From a virus (Duplodnaviria; Caudoviricetes), in IMG/VR virus record IMGVR_UViG_3300044995_000318, positions 1-55,635 of that record: a stretch of 55,635 nucleotides of DNA. One strand, given 5' to 3'. The notes beneath the pieces were generated by a model, which saw only the letters and a program-made list of their open reading frames with translations, was not told where the DNA came from and ran no database searches. The translations under genes were made by a program, and so were the position numbers. Position 1 is the first letter of the stretch; each line of letters begins with the position of its first letter. Of the stretch, positions 7,839 through 17,358 are shown piece by piece.

Positions 7839-10350
7839 TATAAAGCGGTATAACTTCAGATCCTTGACTAATAGCGGATTTTTTACGAATCGTTGTGTGC
7901 GGTTCACTTTGATAAAAAGACCTTAAAATTTGCATAGCGGAAACTGCGTCCATAGTCGCACACCCGTTATTTACAGAACGTTTCTTTGTCAGCTTCATAA
8001 GCTCCAATTCTAAATCTGTCGGATTTACGCCCAACTCGGAAAAGTTGAAATCCACGGTTTGAGTGTCAATGTCGTAAGTAAAGAACTTGGCCGTCTGATC
8101 CAAAGGAATACGTTGCAGCGCTTTTTCCAACGCCATATACGGAAGTTCTGATTCTGGCCAAGGTAAGTTCAAAGCTTCCCGCATTATCTTAGTCCCTTCC
8201 ATAATAAGAGACATCTGCCAAGACACACTAGGGATGTGCTGAATTGATTTACCTTCTGTCGCCGCCAACCATTCAATCAGCTTTTGTAAAAACCAAGCAG
8301 CATGCCTGGGTAAATTTTCGACTCGGCAATCTTCGATATGCATACCAAATTCCGATAAACAAATTGCCGGATTGTTAACAGATCGTAAATCTCCCACCAA
8401 TTCACTTGTTCCGTAAACAGGATACCCACGGAATGATATTAGTTGAGCTTTTATTCGGTCACAAGTTCTTCCAAGCTCCAAAGGATTGGACTGACCAAAA
8501 CCTTTAAACATGGCTTCCAATACAGTGCGCGCCGCAGGTGAGTTTTTTACCGCTACGGGAATTGTGTCCATCCCCACGTAAGCCCTAGAAATAAGCGCTG
8601 CTGTTATAGAGAACAAGTTACAAACGGAAGCTGGGTAATATGGTTTGGTGGTAGCCGGAATCGCCATAGGTTCCACTTTGGGAGCCTGATACATTTTTAA
8701 AAGCTCGGAAGATGGCGATAGGTAAAAATCCTTGTCAACTATCGAACCCTTCATATACCGCCAGTGACGGGAAGTATAGGTCAATTTCCGGACATCCCAC
8801 CCCAAGTTGTAAATACCGTGATAGTTGGGGAGTCCAGTAATGGTATGGGCAAAATATTCTCGGAGTTGTCTAAAATGAGAAGGAGAGAATATGGTGGGCA
8901 ATTTTTCTTCCGCTGCGTTTTTTAAATAAGGCATACACGCAAAACGAACTTTATTTTCTAGATGTCTTGGTAACTCCAGATCAGTTTGATTTAAATTCGT
9001 TTCCACCTCCATATCGTTAAATTTTACAATAACATTATGAAGAACCTCGCTAGTGTCCTCGAACATCAAGTTGGCTTTAAAATCCAAAGTGAAATTGCAA
9101 ATAAGCGTAAGTTGTTCGTGTTTCCCGATGGAGTATCCATGAGGCTCGGCATAAATAAATTGACCTTTTCGACCCTCAAAAACAGGATACTTCCCAATGA
9201 CCTGTTTTAACCAATGGGCTAGTCTAGGCGACCTCATTGTGGCTACATCATTTAACAACCTAGCCTGTTGAGTTTGAGTTAAATTTGCCGATTTTAAATA
9301 ATCCGGGCTAAGGCTCTGTCCGGCTTCTAAAACGTGGTCCAGCACTTTTCCGTAAACATATTCAGGCCACGGTTTTAGTTCATAACTAGTGCCTATGTTC
9401 AAAACATTAATAAAATCAGTAGCGGGGCAATCTAGTTTCTCATGAAGATCATACCCTAAATGGAATGAATCATTTGGGTCATGAGCGTAAATTATTTTAT
9501 GGCTTCTCCCTAAGTCGGGGGTATCGGTAAGCGGGGCGTCCCCCATTGTGTAAACTGGAATAGCCAATGCTCGAATATGGTTGTCGATGAATTTTGAGTT
9601 TAGCTCCGCCGCCTGAAAAGGAGATCGAACAAGTACAATTTTATCCCAAGACCCCGAAGCAACCTGCCAAACTCCAGCAAAAGAAAGGCGTTGTTTATTT
9701 AAAGTTATTTTAAAAGTCTTTAATAAGCTGGACCCATAGTAAAGCAAAACGGCGTTTACTTTAATATGACTACCAAAAAAAGGGACAGCCACCGCCCCTT
9801 CGTCATCTTTTAAATTAGGAAAATTAATATTAGGGAAAAGCTTAGAAAACTTTTCTAAGTCGGCTTTATTAAATAAAATAAAGTCACGGTTAATAATATC
9901 CTCTCGGAAACCCATTTTCCGCAATGCCGTAATAGCCGCCAAATGTCCAACCGCCTTATCTCGAGCTTGCGTAGCTTGGCGCTTATAAAGGAACTCGATA
10001 CACTTTCTGTCTTGAATGGAAGCTTCAACGACATCATTTGCGACCGTATCCCAAGGCATGTTGCCGGTAATGGCGGCAACCCTTTCTGGTTTTCTAAGCT
10101 TGAGGAGCTGGAGGGCTTTAAAGTAACCATTTTGGTGAAGGGCTAAAAAGTCGAGAAGATTTCCTGCTTTTACCTTGCAGCTTGGGGATAAGCAGACAAA
10201 ATTATCTGACCCTAAAAAAACCGGAGAATCACAACAAGCCTGACAAAGGCATCTATTTAAGAATAGGTCTCCGCCTTTTTTATGCGTCGGTAAATCGAGT
10301 ATTTGGGCCGCCTCTTGAACCGACATAAGACCCAAAAACTGGTTTTGCAT
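7822..10350 (-). CDS. large protein with N-terminal Zn finger; degenerate primase(-helicase)-like
   Basis: ATG at 10350. CLCQAC...FVCLSPSC..AGNLLDF resembles a primase Zn-binding domain; a TOPRIM-like segment lacks the catalytic Glu. Confidence 0.5.
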   Translation of the reverse strand: MQNQFLGLMSVQEAAQILDLPTHKKGGDLFLNRCLCQACCDSPVFLGSDNFVCLSPSCKVKAGNLLDFLALHQNGYFKALQLLKLRKPERVAAITGNMPWDTVANDVVEASIQDRKCIEFLYKRQATQARDKAVGHLAAITALRKMGFREDIINRDFILFNKADLEKFSKLFPNINFPNLKDDEGAVAVPFFGSHIKVNAVLLYYGSSLLKTFKITLNKQRLSFAGVWQVASGSWDKIVLVRSPFQAAELNSKFIDNHIRALAIPVYTMGDAPLTDTPDLGRSHKIIYAHDPNDSFHLGYDLHEKLDCPATDFINVLNIGTSYELKPWPEYVYGKVLDHVLEAGQSLSPDYLKSANLTQTQQARLLNDVATMRSPRLAHWLKQVIGKYPVFEGRKGQFIYAEPHGYSIGKHEQLTLICNFTLDFKANLMFEDTSEVLHNVIVKFNDMEVETNLNQTDLELPRHLENKVRFACMPYLKNAAEEKLPTIFSPSHFRQLREYFAHTITGLPNYHGIYNLGWDVRKLTYTSRHWRYMKGSIVDKDFYLSPSSELLKMYQAPKVEPMAIPATTKPYYPASVCNLFSITAALISRAYVGMDTIPVAVKNSPAARTVLEAMFKGFGQSNPLELGRTCDRIKAQLISFRGYPVYGTSELVGDLRSVNNPAICLSEFGMHIEDCRVENLPRHAAWFLQKLIEWLAATEGKSIQHIPSVSWQMSLIMEGTKIMREALNLPWPESELPYMALEKALQRIPLDQTAKFFTYDIDTQTVDFNFSELGVNPTDLELELMKLTKKRSVNNGCATMDAVSAMQILRSFYQSEPHTTIRKKSAISQGSEVIPLYIRGSE

Positions 10351-10421
10351 TGCAGAAAAGCTCACAACTATATCTTGCGCATAGACTTGACGAAATCAAG
10401 CATTCAACGAATATCTTAAAT

Positions 10422-11471
10422 ATGGACTTTGTTAAAGATCAAAACCCTAAACCATTATATAAATTCTTCGACAGCATGCCGGAATACGTTAAGTCGGCTA
10501 GTCTGATTACGGAAGAAGAAACAGAAAAATTAGCGTCTGCTGCTTTTGCAGACCCTATCCGTAGAGAGTTTCCATGTCACAATAAAGTGGCTACTTGGAA
10601 CAGCGCAGCTTACTACGCAGGTTCCGGTATGAATAATGAGTCTATACGCAATCGTATCATCAAAGCTGCAGAGACTCATGGAATAAAAGAAGATGTAGAA
10701 TACGTTTTATCAAAAACGTTTACAAAATGCGCTTCCGATAAAACCGATAAATCAAATGAAGAATTTGCTTTAATTGTTGATTTCGGAGATGGCGATGTTA
10801 AAGGGTTTTACAAATGCGGGTCAGCTGAAGATATTGTCGAAGCTTGTTTGCAATTAACTGCTGATATTAGAGACCAGCGTATTCCTGTGGAGTATATGAG
10901 GGATGCAGCTGCGAATCTCGTCAAGGCGGCCAAACAATTTAATTGCTTAGAAGATATACCCCCGCAGATCAAAAATTTAGGAACTCCTAAATTATTAGAT
11001 TTTGAACATGCTGCCAGTGTGCTACGTCTTCGTAAAAATGCTGGGGTCGATGAGGAAGGGGTTGAACTTTATCAGGAAATTGTCAAAGCAGCCTCCGAAG
11101 ACCCCGACAATGTAGAAAACTACATTGCTTTATGTAACGATTTGGACCGTATGCACTCGGTTCGTTACAGCAGCATGCAGCCTACTCCTGCCGAAGCGTT
11201 TTATTCCGGACCGCCAGTTGATGACCTTATCAAAATGGCGAACGAAAACGTCATTGTAGGCTCGGTAATGGTTCCGGTTTCTGCATTTGAGTCATTGCCT
11301 GATGAAGAGCTTAAAAAACACTTTAATAAAGAATTTGCTGAAATACTGATTGGTATAAAAGATCTGGCAACTAAATCAGCAGCTTACGCTTCCGAAATGT
11401 TTGAAAAACTTAATATGTCCTCGGCTAAAGAGCGTAAACTTTTAGGTCTTCTTCTCAAGCACAGCGCTTAA
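10422..11471 (+). CDS. putative virion/head protein rich in K-x-A motifs
   Basis: ATG at 10422. AFADPIRREFPCHNKVATWNSAAYY resembles a DUF6582-like motif; about 10 K-x-A motifs. Confidence 0.6.
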   Translation: MDFVKDQNPKPLYKFFDSMPEYVKSASLITEEETEKLASAAFADPIRREFPCHNKVATWNSAAYYAGSGMNNESIRNRIIKAAETHGIKEDVEYVLSKTFTKCASDKTDKSNEEFALIVDFGDGDVKGFYKCGSAEDIVEACLQLTADIRDQRIPVEYMRDAAANLVKAAKQFNCLEDIPPQIKNLGTPKLLDFEHAASVLRLRKNAGVDEEGVELYQEIVKAASEDPDNVENYIALCNDLDRMHSVRYSSMQPTPAEAFYSGPPVDDLIKMANENVIVGSVMVPVSAFESLPDEELKKHFNKEFAEILIGIKDLATKSAAYASEMFEKLNMSSAKERKLLGLLLKHSA

Positions 11472-11474
11472 TTC

Positions 11475-12077
11475 ATGCGACCATTACCATTCAGCGTTGA
11501 AGAAGCTGCAGCCCTGATTGGCGATCCAGATACTTTCGCCACGGTTCTGCACATCATTATTTTATCCGCTTATGGGGAAGAAGTTTACGGTGACCCGGAA
11601 AACGATATCCCTCCCATGGATATATTGGAAATCATCGCCAGACTTGAAGAAGATTTTCGAACTTCTCTGCCTGTGGAAAACGAAAACCGAATTAACGCAA
11701 TTCGGTTAGCGGTAAGCACGGACGCCTTTTATGAAGAACCTGAAGTAATGGCGGCTATATCTTCTTCGCTTTATAATGGTGATCTGGATGACATTGTGAA
11801 TGGCTTTTTGGAAGACGTTACGATTCCTGAAATTTTATGGGCCACATACGAAGTCGAATTAAATAGGGAAGAACCTTCGGAATTTTCTCCAGCCTGTTTA
11901 AGATTTATTGAAAAGCAAATCGAAGAAGAACGGGAAGAACATATAGATGAATCGGTAAATACTTTACCGGAAATTCTCCCATACTACGCTAAGTTTGTGA
12001 ACGCTCAGAAGGCCCTGCTGGAAACCCAGTTGGCTAAGCTTGGTATATCCCTACCAAGCTCCTTTGCAACAGACTAG
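11475..12077 (+). CDS. acidic hypothetical protein
   Basis: ATG 3 nt after the previous stop; 200 aa ORF. Confidence 0.75.
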   Translation: MRPLPFSVEEAAALIGDPDTFATVLHIIILSAYGEEVYGDPENDIPPMDILEIIARLEEDFRTSLPVENENRINAIRLAVSTDAFYEEPEVMAAISSSLYNGDLDDIVNGFLEDVTIPEILWATYEVELNREEPSEFSPACLRFIEKQIEEEREEHIDESVNTLPEILPYYAKFVNAQKALLETQLAKLGISLPSSFATD

Positions 12078-12080
12078 TTA

Positions 12081-12095
12081 TTTGTGTTATATATA
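12081..12095 (+). promoter_or_regulatory. putative phage promoter motif TTTGTGTTATATA
   Basis: The same 13-mer occurs at 52593-52605, with variants near 37407 and 38599; it resembles an extended -10 element. Confidence 0.5.
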
Positions 12096-12239
12096 TTTGC
12101 ACGGTCCTTTGTTGGCTGTGCAAAGAATAGGACCATTATTCCTATTCTTTAGTAACCGAAAAACTCGGTTACAAAATTGTCCGGGCTATTGGCCCGGCGA
12201 TCAATAACAATCGACTGATTACTTATTTTTAAGTGTCAG
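12096..12239 (+). ncRNA. putative structured RNA or 5' leader (five consecutive hairpins)
   Basis: Stems at 12096-12124, 12122-12150, 12152-12172, 12181-12197 and 12215-12239; G-U wobbles favour the + strand. Confidence 0.45.
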
Positions 12240-12264
12240 GTACTAGGAAACATTAAGGTTAACT

Positions 12265-12453
12265 ATGAGAGTAAAGAAGAATGATCTGTTAAGTATTGCA
12301 GGCATGGATAAAGGTAAAAAAAGCGGTTTGGTTGCTGCTGGGTTAAAGCCAACTAAGAAAATAACGTTTAAACAAGAATACAAAAATCTTGAGAAGATGG
12401 TTAAGCTTAAAGGCAATAATCATGGTTTTGGTAAATGGCAAGCAGCCATTTAA
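12265..12453 (+). CDS. small basic hypothetical protein (62 aa)
   Basis: ATG preceded by TAAGG, downstream of the hairpin leader; its stop overlaps the terminase stop (TTAA). Confidence 0.45.
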   Translation: MRVKKNDLLSIAGMDKGKKSGLVAAGLKPTKKITFKQEYKNLEKMVKLKGNNHGFGKWQAAI

Positions 12454-14837
12454 CCAGAAATCACAGGGCCAGTAAATAAGGCATCAAGTCCGACATAGTC
12501 TTGTCCAGCCAGCAAGGCGTTTAAAGAATCTTGAATTCCTTTGTCTTCGACTAGTGGTTCATTACACAAAAGTCGACCTATGACAAAAGCAAAGTTAACT
12601 GCATGTAAAGTATCATCAGGTTTGGCTCCGTGTCTTCGGTAACGAAAACTGGTAGTTCCGGAAGCAGTTTCCGTAGGCACACGATAAAGGTTCATAAAAT
12701 CTTCCAGATAAGTACTAGCTTCGGCCCAAGAATAACACCTAATTCTTGGGCCGTCGCTATGTTTTATTGCTTCATAAAGGGCGGTAATAGATTCTGTTCT
12801 ATTAAGAGAATACATGTTGTAAATTTGATGTTCCTTATCTACCAAACTGATGGGCGCTGAATTTGGTCCTGTGTAGTAAAATATAATATGTCGATTAGCG
12901 TTAATTTTAGGATTTTCGCGAAGCAACATATTGTAAGCTGCCCCAACACCAAAGTCAGTCCCAATGGGTCCGCCTCCCAAATATTCATGATCGTTAGCAA
13001 TTGCCGAAGCTATTTCCCGGTAATTCATACCAGAGTAGCGAGCCATATGAATGATATCGAATTTGTTATCGTATCTTAACCCTAAAACCGCATGAACTGT
13101 GTAAGAAACCTTTGATTTTTGATCTGGTAAGAAATCGGAACCACCCCAGTCACATCCGCTGATAACATAACGATAAAAACCTTGTCGCGCTTTTTTCTGT
13201 AAAGTTTCTCTCGAATCTTCTAAACAACACATCCGTTTAAGTTGCTCTAAGGTAAGTTCTCTAGCTCCTTCCTCGGTAGGAATACCCATAATTTCTTGTA
13301 AAAATTTTTTACGATCTGCTGTCATGAAAGATCGATATATTTTTGCCCATTTAACCTGATTCTGGACATTATCCGGAACAATAATTTGTGGAATATGCAA
13401 TCCACGTCGCCCTGCTTTATACATGTTTTGATCGGCATGAACAAAATCCCCATCGGTAACATCAAGTAAACGTCCTGTGTATGGACAAGTCGGACCTTCA
13501 GGTTTAAAAACCCTTAAAACATCATCGGGGTCTCCGCAGTTAATCCAATGTTTGCCGTCTCTGGCTCGCATCATCCAAACCCCTCCAGAACTTTGAATGT
13601 ATCGACTTTCTAGAGGGGTATCGACGGTAACGGAAGTTCCGCTGTAAATTGTTATGGGAAGTTCAGATTGAGCTTGTGTTTGTTCAACTTCAAGCTCCAA
13701 CTCCGGATCAAAAAGTTGATATTCATCATAAAGAAGCTCATCCGTAGATTTACCACGAGCATCTTTTGCAGAACTTAAGATTCGGAGAAGTTCTACTTTG
13801 GAACCGTTACTATATTCTTTTAGGTTCAAATTCTGTCGGCAATGAGGCGAAGTTTCTGGAAACCTAAAAGCACGTTCCATTTCTCTAAACCTACTGGCGT
13901 ATGTTTTAACGTGCTCGGTAAACGGGGCTATGTAGAGACTTTTAAAATTAGGTAGTATATGGCTATTAATAAGTTGGCGAGTGATAAGCGCCGTAGAATT
14001 ATGAGAAAGGATACCGCTGGTGTAATACAAATGTTCTGGAGTGTCCACTTCAAAGTCAAACATAGGAACCCAAGTAGTTTCTTGAGTTGGTTGCTCGACC
14101 TGTTTAACCAGTGAAGGACCATCAACTGTTTGGACCATATCTCCAACTTCAATATCTTGCACCCAAACTTGAGCGCCATCCGCCCGCACTACAATATGCT
14201 TACCGGCTGCATTTAACTTATACTTCTCAGTAACCAATAGCCACGGAGCCATTTTGTAAGTTTTAAAAGCCCGCTTCAAAAAATTAAACCCGGTGGGGGT
14301 TCTAACTTTGATACGGCCACTTTCAATGTAAACAGATTTATCAATATGCCAGCTAGAAGCCGGTATTTCGCCAGGCTTCAATTCAGGTTCTTCGGCCTGC
14401 ATACTTAAGCAAAGAGCAAATAGTTGCTCTGCCGTCATGATTTTAACCGGGCCTTCGTCAACTATAACTTCATGTAAAGTATTGCAATCAAAACACTTAC
14501 CTATTTGACGGCTGGCTCGGATAACTAAATAGCCACCCACAATAAAATCTAGCATGGAAAACACAAAAGGCCGGGTTCGGAAGGAAAGCGGCTGCGTTTT
14601 TGGATAAGCAGGGAAAAAATAAGGAACAAGCAAGGCTGGGTTAAAATTACTAAGTTTATAGAGCTCTATTAAATCTTTGTTCCTTCGTTTTGAAATTAAG
14701 TCATCCTTGTCAGCGCTATCAGAATATTTTCGGATACGCTCGGCAATAATGTTTAATCGGTTTTTAAAATCAGGATCGTGTCTTAGTCGGTAATAAAGAT
14801 CGTTCTGCATACTTGGTATAAGAAACAACCTTGCCAT
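12450..14837 (-). CDS. terL: terminase large subunit, intein-containing
   Basis: Walker A RASRQIGK|S is interrupted by an intein; Walker B ARGKSTDELLYDEYQ; nuclease motifs GCDWGG, GTDFGVG and PDDTLHA. The start could be 14810. Confidence 0.88.
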   Translation of the reverse strand: MARLFLIPSMQNDLYYRLRHDPDFKNRLNIIAERIRKYSDSADKDDLISKRRNKDLIELYKLSNFNPALLVPYFFPAYPKTQPLSFRTRPFVFSMLDFIVGGYLVIRASRQIGKCFDCNTLHEVIVDEGPVKIMTAEQLFALCLSMQAEEPELKPGEIPASSWHIDKSVYIESGRIKVRTPTGFNFLKRAFKTYKMAPWLLVTEKYKLNAAGKHIVVRADGAQVWVQDIEVGDMVQTVDGPSLVKQVEQPTQETTWVPMFDFEVDTPEHLYYTSGILSHNSTALITRQLINSHILPNFKSLYIAPFTEHVKTYASRFREMERAFRFPETSPHCRQNLNLKEYSNGSKVELLRILSSAKDARGKSTDELLYDEYQLFDPELELEVEQTQAQSELPITIYSGTSVTVDTPLESRYIQSSGGVWMMRARDGKHWINCGDPDDVLRVFKPEGPTCPYTGRLLDVTDGDFVHADQNMYKAGRRGLHIPQIIVPDNVQNQVKWAKIYRSFMTADRKKFLQEIMGIPTEEGARELTLEQLKRMCCLEDSRETLQKKARQGFYRYVISGCDWGGSDFLPDQKSKVSYTVHAVLGLRYDNKFDIIHMARYSGMNYREIASAIANDHEYLGGGPIGTDFGVGAAYNMLLRENPKINANRHIIFYYTGPNSAPISLVDKEHQIYNMYSLNRTESITALYEAIKHSDGPRIRCYSWAEASTYLEDFMNLYRVPTETASGTTSFRYRRHGAKPDDTLHAVNFAFVIGRLLCNEPLVEDKGIQDSLNALLAGQDYVGLDALFTGPVISG
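13998..14495 (-). mobile_element. mini-intein (166 aa, no homing endonuclease) in the terminase P-loop
   Basis: Begins C-FDCNT after GK; ends MFDFEV...LYYTSGILSHN followed by Ser(+1). Confidence 0.9.
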
Positions 14838-14865
14838 AAAGCCATCTTGTTGTCATCATTCTTTT

Positions 14866-15087
14866 GTGGTTAACAAGTCACCAATGAATCTGCAAAAAGG
14901 GGTAATTCCTAATAGGTTTCCTCGTGCTCGCTTTAGGAATATCAAATGGTTGCCAGATATTAATTACCCCCCAGTTAACCTACAAACTCCAAATAACATA
15001 GAAAACATTGGAAGTCCTCAACCACCAACTATATCAGAACCAGAACCATCAAGCGATTCAAGCGATTTAAGAACTCGGTATGGCTAA
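14866..15087 (+). CDS. small Pro/Ser-rich hypothetical protein
   Basis: Divergent from the terminase and overlaps the next gene by 8 nt; start uncertain. Confidence 0.45.
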   Translation: MVNKSPMNLQKGVIPNRFPRARFRNIKWLPDINYPPVNLQTPNNIENIGSPQPPTISEPEPSSDSSDLRTRYG

Positions 15088-15574
15088 TATCAATATTCAA
15101 AAATTGGCCGAAGCAATTGTTTCAAAAATTCGTTCAGAACAAGATGATGATTTGTCGGACGAAGAACTTCGACAACTTGCTCAGGCTATTTTAAATTTAC
15201 AAAAAAACCCATCTTCCGCACCTTGGTCTGTTGAGGAAGAAATTAATTACGTACGCAAACGCACGGGTGAAAATGATGTGGTCATTGTTTATGACGTGCG
15301 TGTACTCTCAGGCAAAAATGCTTCCGAAGTAGCTAAAAATAACGGGAGTATCATGTTAAAAAACCTGATGCTGCCGAACATGATTGTAAATTCAGTTTCT
15401 TCTTTTAGAGAACAGTGCAGTAGCGGAATAATTCAACCGTTGCACTCTGAGTTTCAGGCTTATTTAGAAACTAAATTGGAACGCAAATCTTTGCCCCCGG
15501 AAAGAGGGCTGCTATTAACAGAAAAAACACCCACCGAAGAAAAACCAGACTTTATCCCCGGAGACTTAGAATAA
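15080..15574 (+). CDS. hypothetical protein
   Basis: 164 aa ORF with ATG start. Confidence 0.7.
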   Translation: MANINIQKLAEAIVSKIRSEQDDDLSDEELRQLAQAILNLQKNPSSAPWSVEEEINYVRKRTGENDVVIVYDVRVLSGKNASEVAKNNGSIMLKNLMLPNMIVNSVSSFREQCSSGIIQPLHSEFQAYLETKLERKSLPPERGLLLTEKTPTEEKPDFIPGDLE

Positions 15575-15645
15575 ACCGTTATCTAGTATTTATTAATAAA
15601 CATTAATATACCTTTAATGATTTATGATATTAATTATTATTTTAA

Positions 15646-16224
15646 ATGAGTGAAACAACAAAAGAAAAAGAAATTCCATCGCTGGCTGAAGAAATAGCTA
15701 GCTTTATGGAATTAAGCAAAAAAGGTTATAGTTTTGTTTTAGCTACAGATGGTTCCGGTTGGCAGGATGGGTTTGGAGGGGGTTGCTCGGTAGTTTTAGA
15801 TATTAATAAAGGTAATATTTATTATAGGTTTTTTGGAGCTTATGGAACAAGCGTGGAAAGATCAGAATTTGAAGCTCTGCTTTATGGGCTAGAATCCATA
15901 ATGACAGAAAACGGTTGGTATAACGGATGCAGTCTTAATAATCTTTTAATATTAAGACCAAAAGTGCTTTGGATTACAGATAGAGAATCTTTAGCTTTAA
16001 GCGTTAAAATCAATCCAGCTACAGGACAATCTTATTATAAAAGAAAAGCATCTCCTGACTTGTGGGCGAGATTTGAATGGTTTGAAGAACGTTTTGAAAT
16101 TGATGCAAAGCACATTAAACGCATGACCTCACCCATGCAAAACTTAGCGGACAGACTAGCTTCCGAAATGAGAACATTAACAAAAAATTACGGCGAAACT
16201 CTCATTGCGGATAATGTTATTTAA
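15646..16224 (+). CDS. rnhA: ribonuclease HI-like protein
   Basis: Catalytic D-E-D-D pattern: ATDGSG, ERSEFEAL, WITDRE, HIKR...QNLADRLA. Confidence 0.8.
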   Translation: MSETTKEKEIPSLAEEIASFMELSKKGYSFVLATDGSGWQDGFGGGCSVVLDINKGNIYYRFFGAYGTSVERSEFEALLYGLESIMTENGWYNGCSLNNLLILRPKVLWITDRESLALSVKINPATGQSYYKRKASPDLWARFEWFEERFEIDAKHIKRMTSPMQNLADRLASEMRTLTKNYGETLIADNVI

Positions 16225-16230
16225 AAACTA

Positions 16231-17358
16231 ATGAAAATAAAAATATTGCATTCAGCGGATAACCATTTGATGGACCGCCATTTAACAAGAATTGATCGTG
16301 CCGATGATTTCCGAGCAGGCATGCGGCAGTTTGTAGATAAAGCGATTGAGCTGAAAGTTAACGCCGGAATATTGGCGGGCGATGTATTTAATAACCGTCG
16401 CCCTAGCCCAGCCAACGTGCAATTTATGGCGCAAATGCACGAAAGATTAAAACAGGCCAACATCCCTGTTTATTGTGTGCGTGGTAATCACGACTACACA
16501 GACCCGAACTGGGTAACGGCATTGTTTGCGGAAAGTGATGCTAAAGCAGGTTTTTTAGGTAGTGATTATCGTCGGTACGAAATCCCATGCGGAGAGGGTC
16601 AAATATCGATTCTTTGTTTGCCCTACATGCCGAAAGATGAGCTGCTGGCTTATTTTAAAAATAACCCTCAAAAAGCCGATGTGGTTGTTTGGCATGGAGC
16701 TATTAAAGAAATGACTGGGTTTCCTATGGATTCGGCCGTATCCTTGGACGAACTCCCTGTCAATCGCTTTCGATACTGGGCTTTAGGCGATATTCACAAG
16801 AGAACTGTTGTCGAACGAGACGGATCAGTTCTTTGCTACCCTGGACCAACAGAAATGTGTTCCAAAGACGAAGATTTAGAAAAATCGGTTACGCTTGTCA
16901 GTATAGGTCTAACCGGATCAGTGGAAATCGAGCATATTCCTATTAAAACCAGAGCCATGCGTTGCTATCGGTTTACCACGGAAGAAGATTTAGAAAATGC
17001 GTTGGTGGAACTAGCGGAAATTAAAAAGACCGCTCCAAACGTGATGGTTTTTGTAAGATATAACCGTGGTATACCACGGGTGTTTGCTAGATTGTCTGCC
17101 CTACTTGACCCGGATAAAGCGATCATTCGCGCGGAACCGTTTAATCCATTAGCGGCTGATATCAATGAAGTTAAAAAATTCGACGCAGAGCATTGTCTTA
17201 AACCAGAAGACTTCTTGGGCGAATTTATTACACCGGGCACCGAACTCTACACTTTAGCTAAAGCTCTTATTAATCCAGAAGCCGACGCAAAAGATTTGGT
17301 GTCTGATTACGTATTCAAAGCTATTCAAAATTATGAGAATAAAATCAATAAAAATTAA
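16231..17358 (+). CDS. sbcD: SbcD/Mre11 metallophosphoesterase nuclease
   Basis: HSADNHL, AGDVFN, GNHD, HG and ALGDIH motifs. Confidence 0.92.
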   Translation: MKIKILHSADNHLMDRHLTRIDRADDFRAGMRQFVDKAIELKVNAGILAGDVFNNRRPSPANVQFMAQMHERLKQANIPVYCVRGNHDYTDPNWVTALFAESDAKAGFLGSDYRRYEIPCGEGQISILCLPYMPKDELLAYFKNNPQKADVVVWHGAIKEMTGFPMDSAVSLDELPVNRFRYWALGDIHKRTVVERDGSVLCYPGPTEMCSKDEDLEKSVTLVSIGLTGSVEIEHIPIKTRAMRCYRFTTEEDLENALVELAEIKKTAPNVMVFVRYNRGIPRVFARLSALLDPDKAIIRAEPFNPLAADINEVKKFDAEHCLKPEDFLGEFITPGTELYTLAKALINPEADAKDLVSDYVFKAIQNYENKINKN

